Source: Lingula anatina
Taxonomy: Eukaryota; Animalia; Brachiopoda
Direction: 5' to 3'
NCBI GenBank assembly: GCA_051362555.1
Contig: CM120642.1
Location: forward strand, 31,868,001-31,932,000
Length of the DNA stretch: 64,000 nucleotides
This document shows, in pieces, positions 49,686-63,007 of the stretch. Both the position numbers and the translations under genes were made by a program. The notes beneath the pieces are model-generated. The model did not search any database. It worked only from the letters and a program-made list of their open reading frames with translations, and had not been told where the DNA came from. Numbering within the stretch: position 1 is the first letter of the stretch; every line of letters starts with the position of its first letter.

Positions 49686-52600
49686 ATGGAGCATTCATCA
49701 AGTGATCATCTGGACTTGGTCAAACTGCAGGCTGGCACACGTTCAGATGGATTTCACATGGAGGAAGATGACACAAATGAAACAGAATGCAGCAGCAGCC
49801 TGGAAAACAGTGTATCAGAATCTGTGCCCATTGTACAGAAGTCTCCATCTGGGACACAAAAATGTGAAAAAAACAAAAATGATCAAATCATTTCTTTCTC
49901 TGAAACAATAAATGGCAGTACGTCAGCTGCTGATGAAATAAATGATAAAAATGGCACAAGTGACTCTAATTTTACTACGGATTTTTCAAAACGATACGAC
50001 AGTAATGAGTATGACAGCGATAAAGATGATGGAACATTTTACTTTGAATCGGACCACTTGGCTCTGAAAGGCAACAAAGATTATCATGCATTACTAAAAA
50101 CTGTTGTCCTGTTAGAAGCACAAAGGGCCAAAGCGGTCCAAGATTTGGAGACACTGTATAACATTCAAGATGAGGCACTGAGAGACCCGATCACTTTTGT
50201 TGAAAAATTACAAAAGAAAGTAGACCTAGGGATTCCTAAGCCACAGAGAATAGCTACCATTCCTCACATTGCCTGGGAAAATTACACATCCAGTTCTGTG
50301 GGCTATTACAAACATATGACCAGAACAAAGAGACAGATGGCAGGTAGTGTGAAAGCGATCATTTACAGTTCTGTAATCATCTTTTTATCAGTTTTTGTAG
50401 CCCAGTGTTTTTTTAGATATCCATCATTGTAGATTTGTCATTTTCAGAATCTAATTTTTTACTTTTCCTTTCATATAACAAAGGTTTTTAGATAATGATT
50501 TTAGCTTTTTTTCTTCAAACTCTAATTTACAGATGTCAAATCTGAACCACCTGACAGTTACACCAACTACCAGACAGGAGCGTCATCAGCCTTGGCCAAT
50601 TCTGAGCAAAATGTCATCCGTGGGAGGGTGAAGGATCAGTCAAAATCTGCCACATTCAATCAGTTGTGGACAGCAGAAGAGCAGAAACGTTTGGAGGAAC
50701 TTCTCATTGAGTGCCCACCTGAGCCAGTGGAAAGACATCGCTGGGTGAAGATAGCAAACGCCTTGGGGAACAGGACTCCTATACAGGTACAGTCTTGGTC
50801 ATTTTTTGGCACTGCTTTTCAATTGTTATTTAAACATTTGGATAAGAAATTAAGTTATATAATAAATTGAATTATTTGTTTTTGACAAAATAAAATTTGC
50901 TTTGTGTCACCATGCGCCTGTGATTCTAATTTAAGCTCCTAACTGAGTGTTACTGTAATATTCTATTAAAATATTAATGCTCAACAGTGTCATAAAACAA
51001 AACCAATTAGATTTCATCCTAGAAATAGATACTTCATTATTCAAGCTGGGTTTGATTTGTAAATAACCAGATTGTGTCTTTGACTTTAGGTTGCTAGCAG
51101 GGTTCAGAAGTACTTCATCAAGCTGGCCAAGGCAGGACTTCCAATTCCTGGTAGAATGCCCAATGTGGCACACTATAGGACCAAGGTAAATCTGTCACTT
51201 AATTGAAGTACCAGAAACAAAGTACTGTAAATGGTTTTGTTCTGTAATCCCACATAGTCTGCATTCACTCAGAGACTCTTAGGGTGCTTTCCCAGAGATT
51301 TAGATCGATCTAGAGATTAAGATTTAGATCAACCTAACTCCCTGGGTGTTCATGCTAAATTGCAGTCAGCCGAGCGGGCACCATAGTTAATTACCCCCTT
51401 ACAGCTTTTAGTAGGCAGGACAGACGCTTAAGCCGGCCAAGCTGACAGTAATCTAGTGAGACTCCCCACAGGGATAGATCGATCTAAAAATCTATGGAAA
51501 TGGGGTGTTAGACTGGGTGCCCATACCTAGATCGATCTAATAGGATCAATCCATCTCCGAGGGGTTTCTCGCTAAATTGCTTTCAGCTTAAGCAGCTTAG
51601 ATGTCTGTCACGCTGCTTAATAATACTTTATCACCCCCTAGTGCCCTCCGTAGGTGTGACAGACATCTAAGCTGCTCAAGTTGATTGCAATTTAGCAAGA
51701 ATCCCCTCTGAGATAGATCGATCACAGTTAGTACAATAGAGTCCGGTAATGGTCCCTTAGTAGTATAATATATTATGCAGGGGTGGACTTAGCCGGTCCC
51801 TTTTTTCAAAAAAAAAAATAATAATGAAAATAAATCAATAAATAAATAAATAATTACAGACCTGCCCCTTTCCAAAAAAGGGATTCACCCTTTCCAATCT
51901 TGGATTGGCCATTGCTACACCAGTTTCTCCATTCCAGAGTCAGAGACCCCACCAGAGGATGTACAACAGGTTCTACCAGGCCCCCTCCACCTTCATGACC
52001 TCCTACCAGCCCCCAGTGTACATGTCAGATGATGATGGCGACTCCGCCTCCATGTTTGGCGGCAGCAGTGAAGACATGGAGGACCCCAGAATGATGAACC
52101 AGTTTGGGGATGAAGAGGAGGAGATTTCAGTGAGTTTTGGGTTGCGAGTTTTTATTTATTTATTTTTTTTTTACAAATGAGGGATGTCTTTTTATTGTGA
52201 TGTTCTGTTTAATATCCTGATACAATACTTAATTTAAAAAAAAAACTGATTAATTGCTCTGCAAAAAAAAAAAAAAAAAATGGACTGTTTTTATTGTTAC
52301 TTTGCTCTAATGATTTAAAATTCAAATTGTCAAACAGCATATTTAGACATACTGTCAATTTTCAGATATCTTTCTTTTTGATCTGTGCCACACGTTTTGT
52401 ATTCCAGGATGAAGAGGCAGTTCCAGTTCATCTACGAGATTCTGAGGAATACCAGGAACTGCTGAGACTGAAGAAGCTAAAGAGAGTGAAGATGAATTCA
52501 GATCATGACAAGCTTGGCCAAAGACAGCATGCTGGTTACAAGGTATTCAGCAGCATAATGTTAGATGACTTCATGAAAGCTAGCTTGTTCTTATATTTTC

Positions 52601-53365
52601 ATCAAATGATGTTATTCATCTCATGCAGAATGCTTCATACTACATTTAACCTATAAAGCAAATTGATTTTCATTCATTTATTGAAACTTACTGTTATAAT
52701 CTAAGCACATTTTGAATGCTTCACATTTTTATCCAGTAAAACTGATTCAGTTGTGTAGAGAAAAAGTCCAAAAAGTGCATTTTGTCCTCTTTTCTTCCAG
52801 TGTGACCGCTGTGGCTGTGAACCTATAGTGGGAGTTAGGTTCCATTGTATTGACTGCCCTGATGACACAGCTGTTGACTTCTGTGAAGGATGTGTGGACA
52901 GGTAACAGTTACATGTATTAAAGTGGAGATTAATTTTCCTCAGTTTTCTCTTTCTTCTCCTCACTTGAATTTCCACATTTTTACACACATGCACACACAC
53001 ACACAAAAAAATAAACATCTCTGTCGCGTTTCTGTAACAGTAATATACACTGTAGTATTCATGACCAATGTTACCCAACATGCCCTGGTCATCTTTTCTT
53101 CTTCAATTTTCTCTCCCTCCTCAAAACTTGAATTTCCACATTTTCACCAAAAACTTAATAGTCATATAATAGTATAACTGACCAATTTAATCCAACAAGC
53201 CATGGTCATCTTTTCAGCTCCTTTGAGACTGGTCAGCACAGTTCCAGCCACAGACTGGACCCTGTCCGTCTGCCATACACCACCCCTTTCATCGACAGGG
53301 ACTACACCAAGTTCACTAAGGAAGGATACAATTACTTGGACCCTAACTTCATGCCAGCTACATGA
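49686..53365 (+). CDS. ZZZ3: ZZ-type zinc finger protein 3 (SANT/Myb + ZZ; ATAC complex)
   Basis: [64 protein letters not shown] finger [30 protein letters not shown], end [12 protein letters not shown]. Confidence 0.95.
51282..51507. mobile_element. Palindromic MITE, PIF/Harbinger-like
   Basis: TTA on both sides, GGG start, TAGATCGATCTA in both arms; homologous to 4289-4503. Confidence 0.75.
51515..51756. mobile_element. Second, adjacent fold-back MITE of a related family
   Basis: Long hairpin GCTAAATTGC..AGCAGCTTAGATGTCTGTCAC / GTGACAGACATCTAAGCTGCT..GCAATTTAGC. Confidence 0.7.
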
Positions 53366-54598
53366 CTGGAATTCATTTTTGTATTGGAATACTAAACCAC
53401 TCAGGAAAGACTATAGAGTTGTACTATTTATGTGTATGGGTTGGTGAAATGACTGGAAACAGACATCGGGAGGGACAAACATATTCATCAGCTTTCATTA
53501 TTTGTACAAAGTCAAGAGAAACATTGATGAAGCGAGTCGTTATTTAATTGATGGAGGCTTTCTTTCAGGTTGTCTGTAAGCTAACATGCATTGATTTAAG
53601 CTTCAAAATTGCTTGTTTTAAATAAGCAGTAAACTAGTTTCGAAATGGCTGTAACTGTACTTAAGGCGTGTCAGTATTGTGTTGAATCATGTTAAGATTT
53701 ATTGTAGGAATTAGATGATTTTTTTATCCAGAAGTCTACCTGCACACTTTTATAAATTTTTGCTAAAAATTGTATCATGACTAAAATGGTCAAACCTCAC
53801 ATGAATGTCAATAAAGTCACCTCAGGAACTTTTTTCTCGTTTTCACATATTTTACACATTGTGAAGGTAAATCACACATGGATATAGTCGATTTATGCTC
53901 CAAAATAAAACTAAACTTTAAAAAACCCATTTTACTTATTTTTGTGTTCCATAAATTAGACAAAATTTGCATAATATAATACAATTTAGCCAATTTTTAT
54001 TAATAAATATATCTTAATATTGTAGACAGCTAACACCTTTCAATTTGGCCTCAATAAGATTTTAGTATCAAACACCTTGTTCATTTCAGTAAAACATCTC
54101 CATGTAAAAAAAGCAACAAATTTTCTGATAAATAATATTTTTCTTTATTTCTTCATGATGGAATGACTTGTAAGTACAGACTTGACATGCTACTCTCAGA
54201 ACATATCTGGAGATGTACATTTAAAGTCCATGTGGTGAGTCATGAATCCGTCTTCTAATGGTTCATTGTTCCTACCACCAGGTGGTGCTCTCAGCAATTG
54301 CTTTTATTCAGCATGCAGTTCTAATGTGAAGTACACTTTCTTTTATACCAAAAGCTTTAGTTTTATTTTTACAGTAATAAAAATATAAATTTATCTCCGG
54401 GTTTAATGCACCCAAGTCTGAGTCTTAATTATTATCTTTCCTCTCACTGTTTCTAAGCATGTTATAAACATGTTTATTTCACACTTCCTTTATCAAAGAA
54501 CTTCTTACATTCCTTCTTTGGTTGTTTCTTACAAGGTGACACTTCTACAATTGCATAGTAAATGTTCATCAAATAGTTTCTGTGAATTTCTCAGTCAC

Positions 54599-54801
54599 CT
54601 ATCCCATCAAGTAGCCCCTGAAAAGTGGATGAACATCTAAATTATTGAAATGTCAAGATTAGGGGAAATTTCTTTCTGAAAAAACACCTCACAACAAAAA
54701 TACTATTTTAGAGCTGTAAGTGCAAAAAAACAGTAATTTTAAAATTTATATTTTATACAATACCTTGCGCAAAATCTTTGCACATATAACAGAAATACTA
54801 G

Positions 54802-54843
<42 letters not shown>

Positions 54844-55902
54844 GTGTGTGTGTGTGCATAATAAAACTTACGGTAGCTTCATCCTCATGAAAACCCTGCA
54901 CATGAAGAATGATATAAGAATGCACACAAAGCCTACGACCAGGAGCAGGATCCTGTTCAGTTTTGGCGTCAGAGGACTGTTAGTTTGGTCTAGGATGACA
55001 AAGCCCAGACCTCCCATTGTGAAGAGAAAGCTTGAGGCAAGACCCTCCATAATGTACTGACCATTGACCCTATAGGGCATAAATGCAACCTAGAAAAAGG
55101 AAATTATCAGATATCATGGATAAATCATACAAGGTTGTTATATTATATGCATTTACATACTTATATCCATGATAATATTAATAAAACCCGAAGTCTTATC
55201 AGTGTACAAGAAGTGTATTTTCTAAGGGTTTGACAACAAACGATGCCGTGAGAGAGGTAATTTTTTTTTTTTTTTTTTTTTTGTATTCTGTACTGGGAAT
55301 TTATTACAAGTCCACAATTTTGAATCAAAGTTCTACATAAAGTTGTTCAATAACAGCATTTTCTTACAGGTCGTGAGTTTCCTCTTTCATCTGTTGTAGA
55401 CCCTATACTTGGTGGTTCAACAATAACATCGTAAATAATACCTAAAAGTGAAAAATAACGTTTTAAATAAGATAACTCTTCTTATCGATCTGGGTACATG
55501 TAAGTAAATAAACGGAGAATTATCCTCATAATACTTAGGCTATGCTATTCGGCTATATATCAGTTGGCAATCAACAATTCATACAAAAAAAGCGTATAAT
55601 TAATGTAAACAGATGAAAGTAAATAACTGGTTCGACACTGGCTAGTGTAGTAACTGAAATAATTATTTAAAGCCAAGGAGGAAAACTCAACGTGGCACCG
55701 ACAACTTGACCCATTTCCCCGGCAGGGAATTCTAAGGCCGATTCCTCGAAAAGAACAACTCACCTCCTGTTACTAAGAAATACGACAGTAAAACTGCAGC
55801 ATACACAAACATTGCTGAGGGTGTTTTCACCCATGAAGGCTTTTTGAGCTTCAGATTTGGACATTCCAACACCTTGAACGGGATACTGTAAATCGCCTCC
55901 AT
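54599..55902 (-). CDS. OSTC: Oligosaccharyltransferase subunit OSTC/DC2, 4 exons
   Basis: [31 protein letters not shown]|[17 protein letters not shown]|[29 protein letters not shown]|GYLMG*. Confidence 0.97.
54804..54856. repeat. (GT)n microsatellite in an OSTC intron
   Basis: Read directly. Confidence 0.9.
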
Positions 55903-56149
55903 CTTTGGCTCAGCTTGGAAGTAAGGAAGTTACTCGGCTGAATCTAAAAGTAAGCTCGAATGTTGGCATTTAAAAATAAGGTTTTTGATTATAAGACAGA
56001 GCGTTTACGATAGAATAAAGATTATGTTGTTGTGAAAATTATAAAAGACACACCGTTTGACTAAGGTAAAAAGAAGCCCCAGAACATTAAATTTAGAATC
56101 GATAACACTGTTTGTGGAGCACCACAGCCTGGGAGATGCGATAAGAGCA

Positions 56150-59100
56150 ATGGCGACCGACTGGGCTAACTTCAATACAAATCCAATGAAATCCGGGATG
56201 ATTGTTGTACATCCAATCTCCGAATCAAGTGCAATATCTTCGTCAGATACTCAAGACCCGCAGGATGTGACAGCAGACGACTCAACCGCAGTGAATGATG
56301 AAGACGACGAAGATGCATTCATATCTGTTGGTAAGACCATTTTCAGTTTCTCCTGTGGAGGGATTCCCCCAAATGCTGAGCACTTTAGTTTTTCAGAGCA
56401 GACGAAGTTTCGTTTTAGGAGATGCTTATTTACTAGTAGTACAAATCATACAGAAATAGTGTGAACATCATGTTTTTAAAATGTTATTATGTAAATAAAT
56501 TTTGTTGAGGCCAAACGTAAGTAATTCGCTTTGCCATGATAATAATTCTGATTTTTTTTTTTTTAATTTGTGGAATTTTGATATTTGGCCATCGTCGCTT
56601 TCTATCCCCGCTCTCTGCGCTCTCTCTCTCTCTCTTTCTCTCTCTCTTCTCGGCATTTCAACATCACTTTTATATATTTGTACAGATAGTCCCGTCGATG
56701 CCTCAGAGATGCTGTTTCTGTACAACCCCACGCCAGGAGGTTTATCTGGGGTAGAAAGTGATGCCAGTTCACTGCCACCACAACAAACAAAAAAGAAGAA
56801 AACTACAGTAAGATGATTATTCATCTTTATTATTTTTTTAAAATAATAAATTGTCTTATTTATTAAATTTTTCTTTTGTCTTGTTTTCTTTCAATTTAAA
56901 ATTTTTATATTTATTTAATATCTGTTTATCGCAGGGAAAGTGAAATATATTAAAATAAAGGTTAGGTAATATCACTTAAGATGGATAGAATTAAAAAATG
57001 AACTGTTTATTTTTCATGTCAAATATCAATTTGTTTAATTATTATCATTATCATTTATTCATTTATTTTTTGTTATGCAGCCTCAATCTGGTACCAGAAA
57101 GAGTGAACGTAGTCGTCGCCAGAAGAGATCCTATTCTCCTGCTCCTGGAGGTTCAAATAGCAAGGGAACTGGCAAACGGAAAAAGAAGAGTGGTGGCAGA
57201 AAACAAGATACTCCCAGAAAGGTTATACAAGTTAGGGCCTATGATAAAGCTCCTGATGGTAAGAAGAATTGGAGTACAATTTGACTTTTGAAATATAAAA
57301 CAACTTGTGGATAAAATATTTAACTGTTGCATTGAAGTAGTTTTACCATTTTGATCAAATAGGATTCAAGAAAAAAGTAACATACTGATTCTGATCAGAA
57401 AAATAATGGTGTAATGATTTATGTTCAGTCAAATAATTATTTTTCCAATCCAGGTCAAAGTTTTCAATTCATTTGTTCAACTTCTGTCACCCATTTCTGT
57501 ATCTTCTGTAGGTAAGCCATTTAGCTGTGATATTTGCAAGTCTCCATATGTGTGCAATCCTATGAACAGTAAGAACAGAGGAGGACTACCTTCAAAACAC
57601 CAGCCTATGCCGAGGCACAAGATAGATCCTGCTACTGGAAATACACTGACACTGTGCAATGCCTGCGGTGAGTGGAAACTGCTTGGCTTGAGCAAATGAT
57701 TTCTTACAGGCCTGTAGCCAGTGAAGGGCTTTTTTTTTCTGGAAAAAAGTTGACCTTTTTACACTACTCAGGCGACACTTAGAAGAGTGGACCTTTTGTG
57801 GCCTAAAAGGGGTTCTTTTTAGCCCCGCTGACCTCCTCCCTCCTCCCCCTGCCTAAAGACCTGTCTTACATTGATTCTCTACTTGTTATCTGCCATCAAG
57901 CATGTTAACATAAAAAGTCACATATACACCAACTCACACAAAAGTGCACATGTGCTGACTTTGTCCTTAAAGGTTCAGTTTAATTAGGTACACTATCAGA
58001 TTTATGAAGACATCAAATAAAACCTCTCATTGTGTCTGTGTCTCTTTCCTAGGATTGGCGTTTGAACGCCCAAGAAGGCCACGCCCATCCAAAGAAAAGC
58101 TTCAGGTGCCCCAGGAAACGAAGGAGAAATACCTGGATGAGGCAAAAACGTTTGCTTTGTCTTTAGTAGAAGGTCTTAATGACCCAGATGGTAAGTGATT
58201 ATAATTACAAGGAAGTACTAATGCAGTAAAAAGGTTTATCTTCAATACTGTTTGTGCACATGTATATTCAATAATTTTATTGGAAGGTCAAATTAGTCAG
58301 TAAGACATTCTAACATTCTGTGCGGCTAGTAAATATAGGTAAACACCTAAAAATGTCTCCTTTATTTAGCAATAGTAGCTAGGAAGCACAGGTTTATTAT
58401 TGAAATCCTCAGAAAATGTGCCAATAATGAAATATCTCGATTTTTTTCATTAAAGCTGAGAAGCTCTTCTGTCCAAGTTTCAAAAACAAGCCATGTGGGT
58501 GCATGCAGCGTTATATAATGGGGACTGGAGACAACATGGAGGAATCCAGGAAGAGAGCAAGCATTCTGCTCCAGGTGTTAAAAGACGCCAAGCGCCTCAG
58601 CCAGGAGAAGTGCTACGATCCTGTGGAGATAACTATGACTAGTACTGGGAAACTGAAAAGGTACTTTATTGTCCAAGGATGCCTTCAGATGTTGAGATAA
58701 TAGGTCATATTCCTGACCTTTTTTTTATGTTTTGCAAATCTTGATGTTTTGGTCAACACAGCTGTATTATCAATGTGTTTGTGAAAGACTGAAAAAAAAA
58801 AAAAACAACTTTCATTACTTGGGGTTATTTCGTAATCTAATAGCACAAGAATGTTATTTAGAAAATATGATCAGGAATAGGACATATGACATATACATGT
58901 GGAGGGGTCTTGGTGATAAAAGATATGGATTGTGGATTTCCATAACAGCCTTGTATATCACACCACTCATAAATAAAATGAAGGCACAGTGAGATTTGTA
59001 GCTAAAACTGAACCCATTGCCTTCCTTCCAGATCTTCAAAAGTAGGCTTGGGCAATGGTCACAAGCGATCAAAAAACTTTGAAGAATTTGTGCTTTCCAA

Positions 59101-62100
59101 CCGGAGGTTTCTGAAGGAGGAGCTCAAGTTCTGTGAGAGAGCCACCCAGAGGGTGTTGATATACTCCAATAACTTCTTACACAAAAGACTGAAAACTGAT
59201 GAGGTGAGGTTGTGGAAATGGTATAATGAAAAGCTTGAATCTAATATTTGAACTTTTTGAAGAAATTTTGAACAATTGAAACTTATATATTCCAAGCTAC
59301 CAGAATTGGGTTTTAGTTATCGGTATGGTGAATTATGTCCCTGTAATTTGAAAACAGTTAGCTTGCAGGCTGGTGCATATGCAAGGATAGGTGACGAGGT
59401 TTAAATCACATGATTAACATATGATATTAACACATATATATGGACAAGACCTGGAAGATTAAGTTGGCCCTGAAAGAGTAAAGTTAATTGTATTTCTTTC
59501 CAGTATTTACTAAGTTAAAGTTAACTGTGCAGTTAAAATACAACATATATCATTTATTGTATTGTTTAAGATTTAAAATTGAGAGATTGAAATGACAGGA
59601 AATATTAAAAATATTAAATTTTTGCATTATTTTCAGACTGGTAATCGACTTGAAAAGAATAATTTGAAGACCAACACTCAGTTGCCCCTCATCAACATTA
59701 GTGACTTGCCAAAGGAAAGGTGCTGCATGTTTAGTTGTGTCTCAGTAAGTATTTGAAATACGAACGTATATAAATATGAATAAATTCATTTCTGAAAAAA
59801 AGGTACTGAATCAAATTTAATTTGTCAACGTAACAGTGGTATTCCATCAACACAGAAGAAACGCACCATTTGAAGTTGAATATGGCAAATTTATACACAG
59901 TAGGAGTTTTCCTTAGACTGTAAAGTTGGGGTTAATTTCTTTATGAAAGTGGGCCAAGGCCCCTTACCCCCATCTCTAAAATTATCATAATACGTAGTGT
60001 TCACAGAAATGGTTTTACCTTATATTGTACAAGGTAACCAGTGGTTGTCAGTGGAAACCCTGACATCTTATGTTGCACACAGTAAGTTGTTATTAACAGG
60101 ATCCTCTTCTCACTCCAGATTGCCTTGACCCACCCCAAGTTACTGGAACAGTGGCGAGAACGGGCACAGTCAGGACAGATGGAAGCTCGCAGGGTGATAG
60201 CAGAGATGCTTACCCCTTCTGGTAATATATGTGATAAATTTTAACAAAAGTTATTTAGATATATCACTGGCTTACCTCAGATATTTTAGTAGCTAGCTTG
60301 ATAATTGTAACCTTCACCATTTCCTGAGACTGCTGTGGGGAAGTTTTGATTTTAAAAAACTTGCTGGTGTCATTGCAGCCAAATTGTCTAGTTTGCAAGC
60401 TTATTATTACTTCACATAGGTGAACTATAAGTCCATCTTTTGAATACATGTGAGGGAATTTTTTTTTCTGGGGGCAGCTGCTACAAATTCAACTCTTTAT
60501 CCAAATGATACACATGAATTCCACATTTTCATTTTTATTTTTGCTAGCATTCATATGTCGAGAATTTGTGTATGTTAATATAATTATATAAGTTAATGTT
60601 ATGTGGTTAATTCCTATTTTCAGGTGGCTATCGTACCAACTGCTATAAGTTCATCCAACTAGTGACTGGCTGTAGCAATGGCACGATGAACAAAGTCAAT
60701 GAACAGATGAAACAGACTGGAGGGGACAGAGATCCACCTGAGCATGGCCTGAAGAAGTACTGGAAGAATCACCCCAAGAAGAAAAAACAAGTTGCAAAAA
60801 TCAGTAAGAAGTTTTTAAACTTTGTCCGGATTTGGTGAAATGGAGAAGTAGTGTCTGTAGAGACGTTTAAGAAAACTGGAGCCTGAAAATATAAGATGTC
60901 AAAATAAAATATTAGATATTGATCATTAAAATTATCTGTTTGTAAAAAGAAGAAAAAATATTTTCTTTATTTAGAATTTTAAACTGTTTTTAAAACATTA
61001 CAAAACTGCAGTATTACTCACTGTACTATTCCCGAATCTAGAAAAATGTTAATTAATCATGTTAAAAAAGCGAAAGTATAAACTCATTCTCCTTTTGCTA
61101 GATGAAAGTAGTCCAGCCCAGCAGCCAGAGCGCCCTCTACAGGTGGTGAACCTGTTTGCCTCAGGATCAGGATCCAATGAGAACCCAGCACAGTCCATAC
61201 TGCACCAGTTTGGAGGGGAGAACTCCCTGGTCACTGTGCTCTCACAGGAGGATGAACAGGTCACTAACGCTGTAAGAGACGAGATTGGAAGATGTTGTTT
61301 ATTGGTCACGGACCCATTTTCATATTCTGAATTCAACAGATATAAATTGATGTGGAACTTTTACTTTATAATGACGTTGGGGAACAAAGGTGAAGATTTA
61401 TCAATTTTATGATGAGGCTATAACACAACTAGAAAAGCACTCGGAGAGCGCAGACCTCCGCCAAGGCAGGGTTTATTATTATTATTATTGATTATTGATT
61501 GATTATTGATCCGGATCACCACCAAAAACTAATCACTTCTAAGTTAACCCATTTCCCATGTTGATGACAAACAAACAAACAAACAGACAGACAGACAGGG
61601 GTGAATACATAACCTCCTTGGCAGGGGTAACTATCCACAAGCTACTGCAAAAATAGTCAGATGAGATAATTGACTTTTGTCAGTAGTTTCTGACCAAATA
61701 ACATCTCTGTATGTTGCAGATACAGTTGGAAAGTCAGAGACAGCAGCTCCTTCAGCTGAAGAAGCAGATTCACCAGCAGCAGTTACAGCTTCAGCAGCAG
61801 CAAAATGTGCTGAATCAGCAGTTGTTACAGCAGCAGGTGATACAGCAGCCAACAGAGGGTAACCCACAGGTGAGCTGTGTTCTTGTGGTGATAACATGAA
61901 ATCAGGCTTCTTAGGAGATTTTATAATATGGCAAATAGTTGGTTTTCAGAACGAATGTAGACAAATGGCACTGATCTCTGTCAGTTGTATTACTAATGAC
62001 AGTATTGCTAAAATGTTGTTATATAACCTGTGTGGAAAGTTACAAGTTACTCCCTTCCCCTCGTTCAGAGAGTTTAAGGAGAAAAGTTAAAAATGATGAC

Positions 62101-63007
62101 CTTTGACAGCAATTTGGATAATCATTTTTATTATTTTTCAAAAGCGTACTGAAGACAGTAACCCCCTCTCCCCTCAGCATAAGTTTTGTAAACTTGTGAA
62201 AATGATGAGAAAAATGTATGACCCATAACACTTTATTCCAACCTTTCTCTAATTACAACTAGTATTTTTGCTCAATAGAACCACCATTTCTAAGCCTCAA
62301 CTCATTCTACTTCTGCCTCTCTCTGTTTCCAGAACATCAGTGCACAGACAATCCTGCTCAACTTAGGCCAGGGCAGCTCAGAGCCAGTCAGTACCAACTC
62401 GGCACAGACTCTCCTGACAGACCAGAGACAAGGCAGGCAGAGCAGGGCCAGTGCCAGTGCTAGCTATGCTGCACCAGTCTCACCTAACACAATATCACAG
62501 CAGGCTCAACAACTGCAATCATCTCAACTGATGCAGGGGCAGACCCACAGCCAGATAGGTGGTTCCATTGCTAGTAACCAGACTGTAGTCACCCTGCCAG
62601 ACTATCTCTCTGCAGTGGGGGCCAATGTCAGCATCAGTTCCTTCCTGCAGGGGTCCAGTCTGCCATCAGAGACAGAGTCTCAGTCCTCTCAGGAACCCCA
62701 GGAGCACCTGATAGAAACTCAGAACATTGGAGGTGTGAATTACACTACTCTGTACATACAACCCTCACAGTCTGGGATAATACAGCAGTTGTTAACACAG
62801 GGAGTGGAGGCCAGTACGTCAGGGGAGTCTGCCAACGAGGAGGAGGAGGGGGCTCTACTACAGCAGCAGTCCGGGGAGAATATCACTATCCACCATGATG
62901 AGAACGGGGAAGATACCGTGGAGCCACAGACTGTTCAGCTGTCTTCTGATATTGTACAGCTGCTTGCACAGCAAGGAATACATGTTGGGACTCTGCCTAA
63001 AACGTGA
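56150..63007 (+). CDS. Uncharacterised, probably nuclear protein: atypical GATA-like finger, Cys-containing domains, Gln-rich tail; about 13 exons
   Basis: Phase-consistent exons starting near 56150, 56685, 57081, 57512, 58053, 58456, 59033, 59637, 60119, 60623, 61102, 61720, 62333; CDIC-x39-CNACGL; basic NLS-like runs KKKK and KRKKK. Confidence 0.75.
57707..57863. mobile_element. hAT5-like MITE with 5-bp TSD
   Basis: CAGGCCTGTAGCCAG...CTGCCTAAAGACCTG; TCTTA duplicated on both sides. Confidence 0.75.
61427..61630 (-). mobile_element. Helentron-associated interspersed element (HINE/DINE-1-like)
   Basis: Minus strand: TT start, subTIR ACCCCTGCCAAGG, (GTCT)n(GTTT)n microsatellite, 3' subTIR CCTTGGCGGAGGT, stem-loop GCGCTCTCCGAGTGC, end CTAGTT. 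Confidence 0.75.

Noticed and set aside
51778-51914. Further degenerate CAGGGG-type MITEs (also near 8976-9160 and 28390-28550)
   Set aside because: Ends too decayed to define TIR or TSD.
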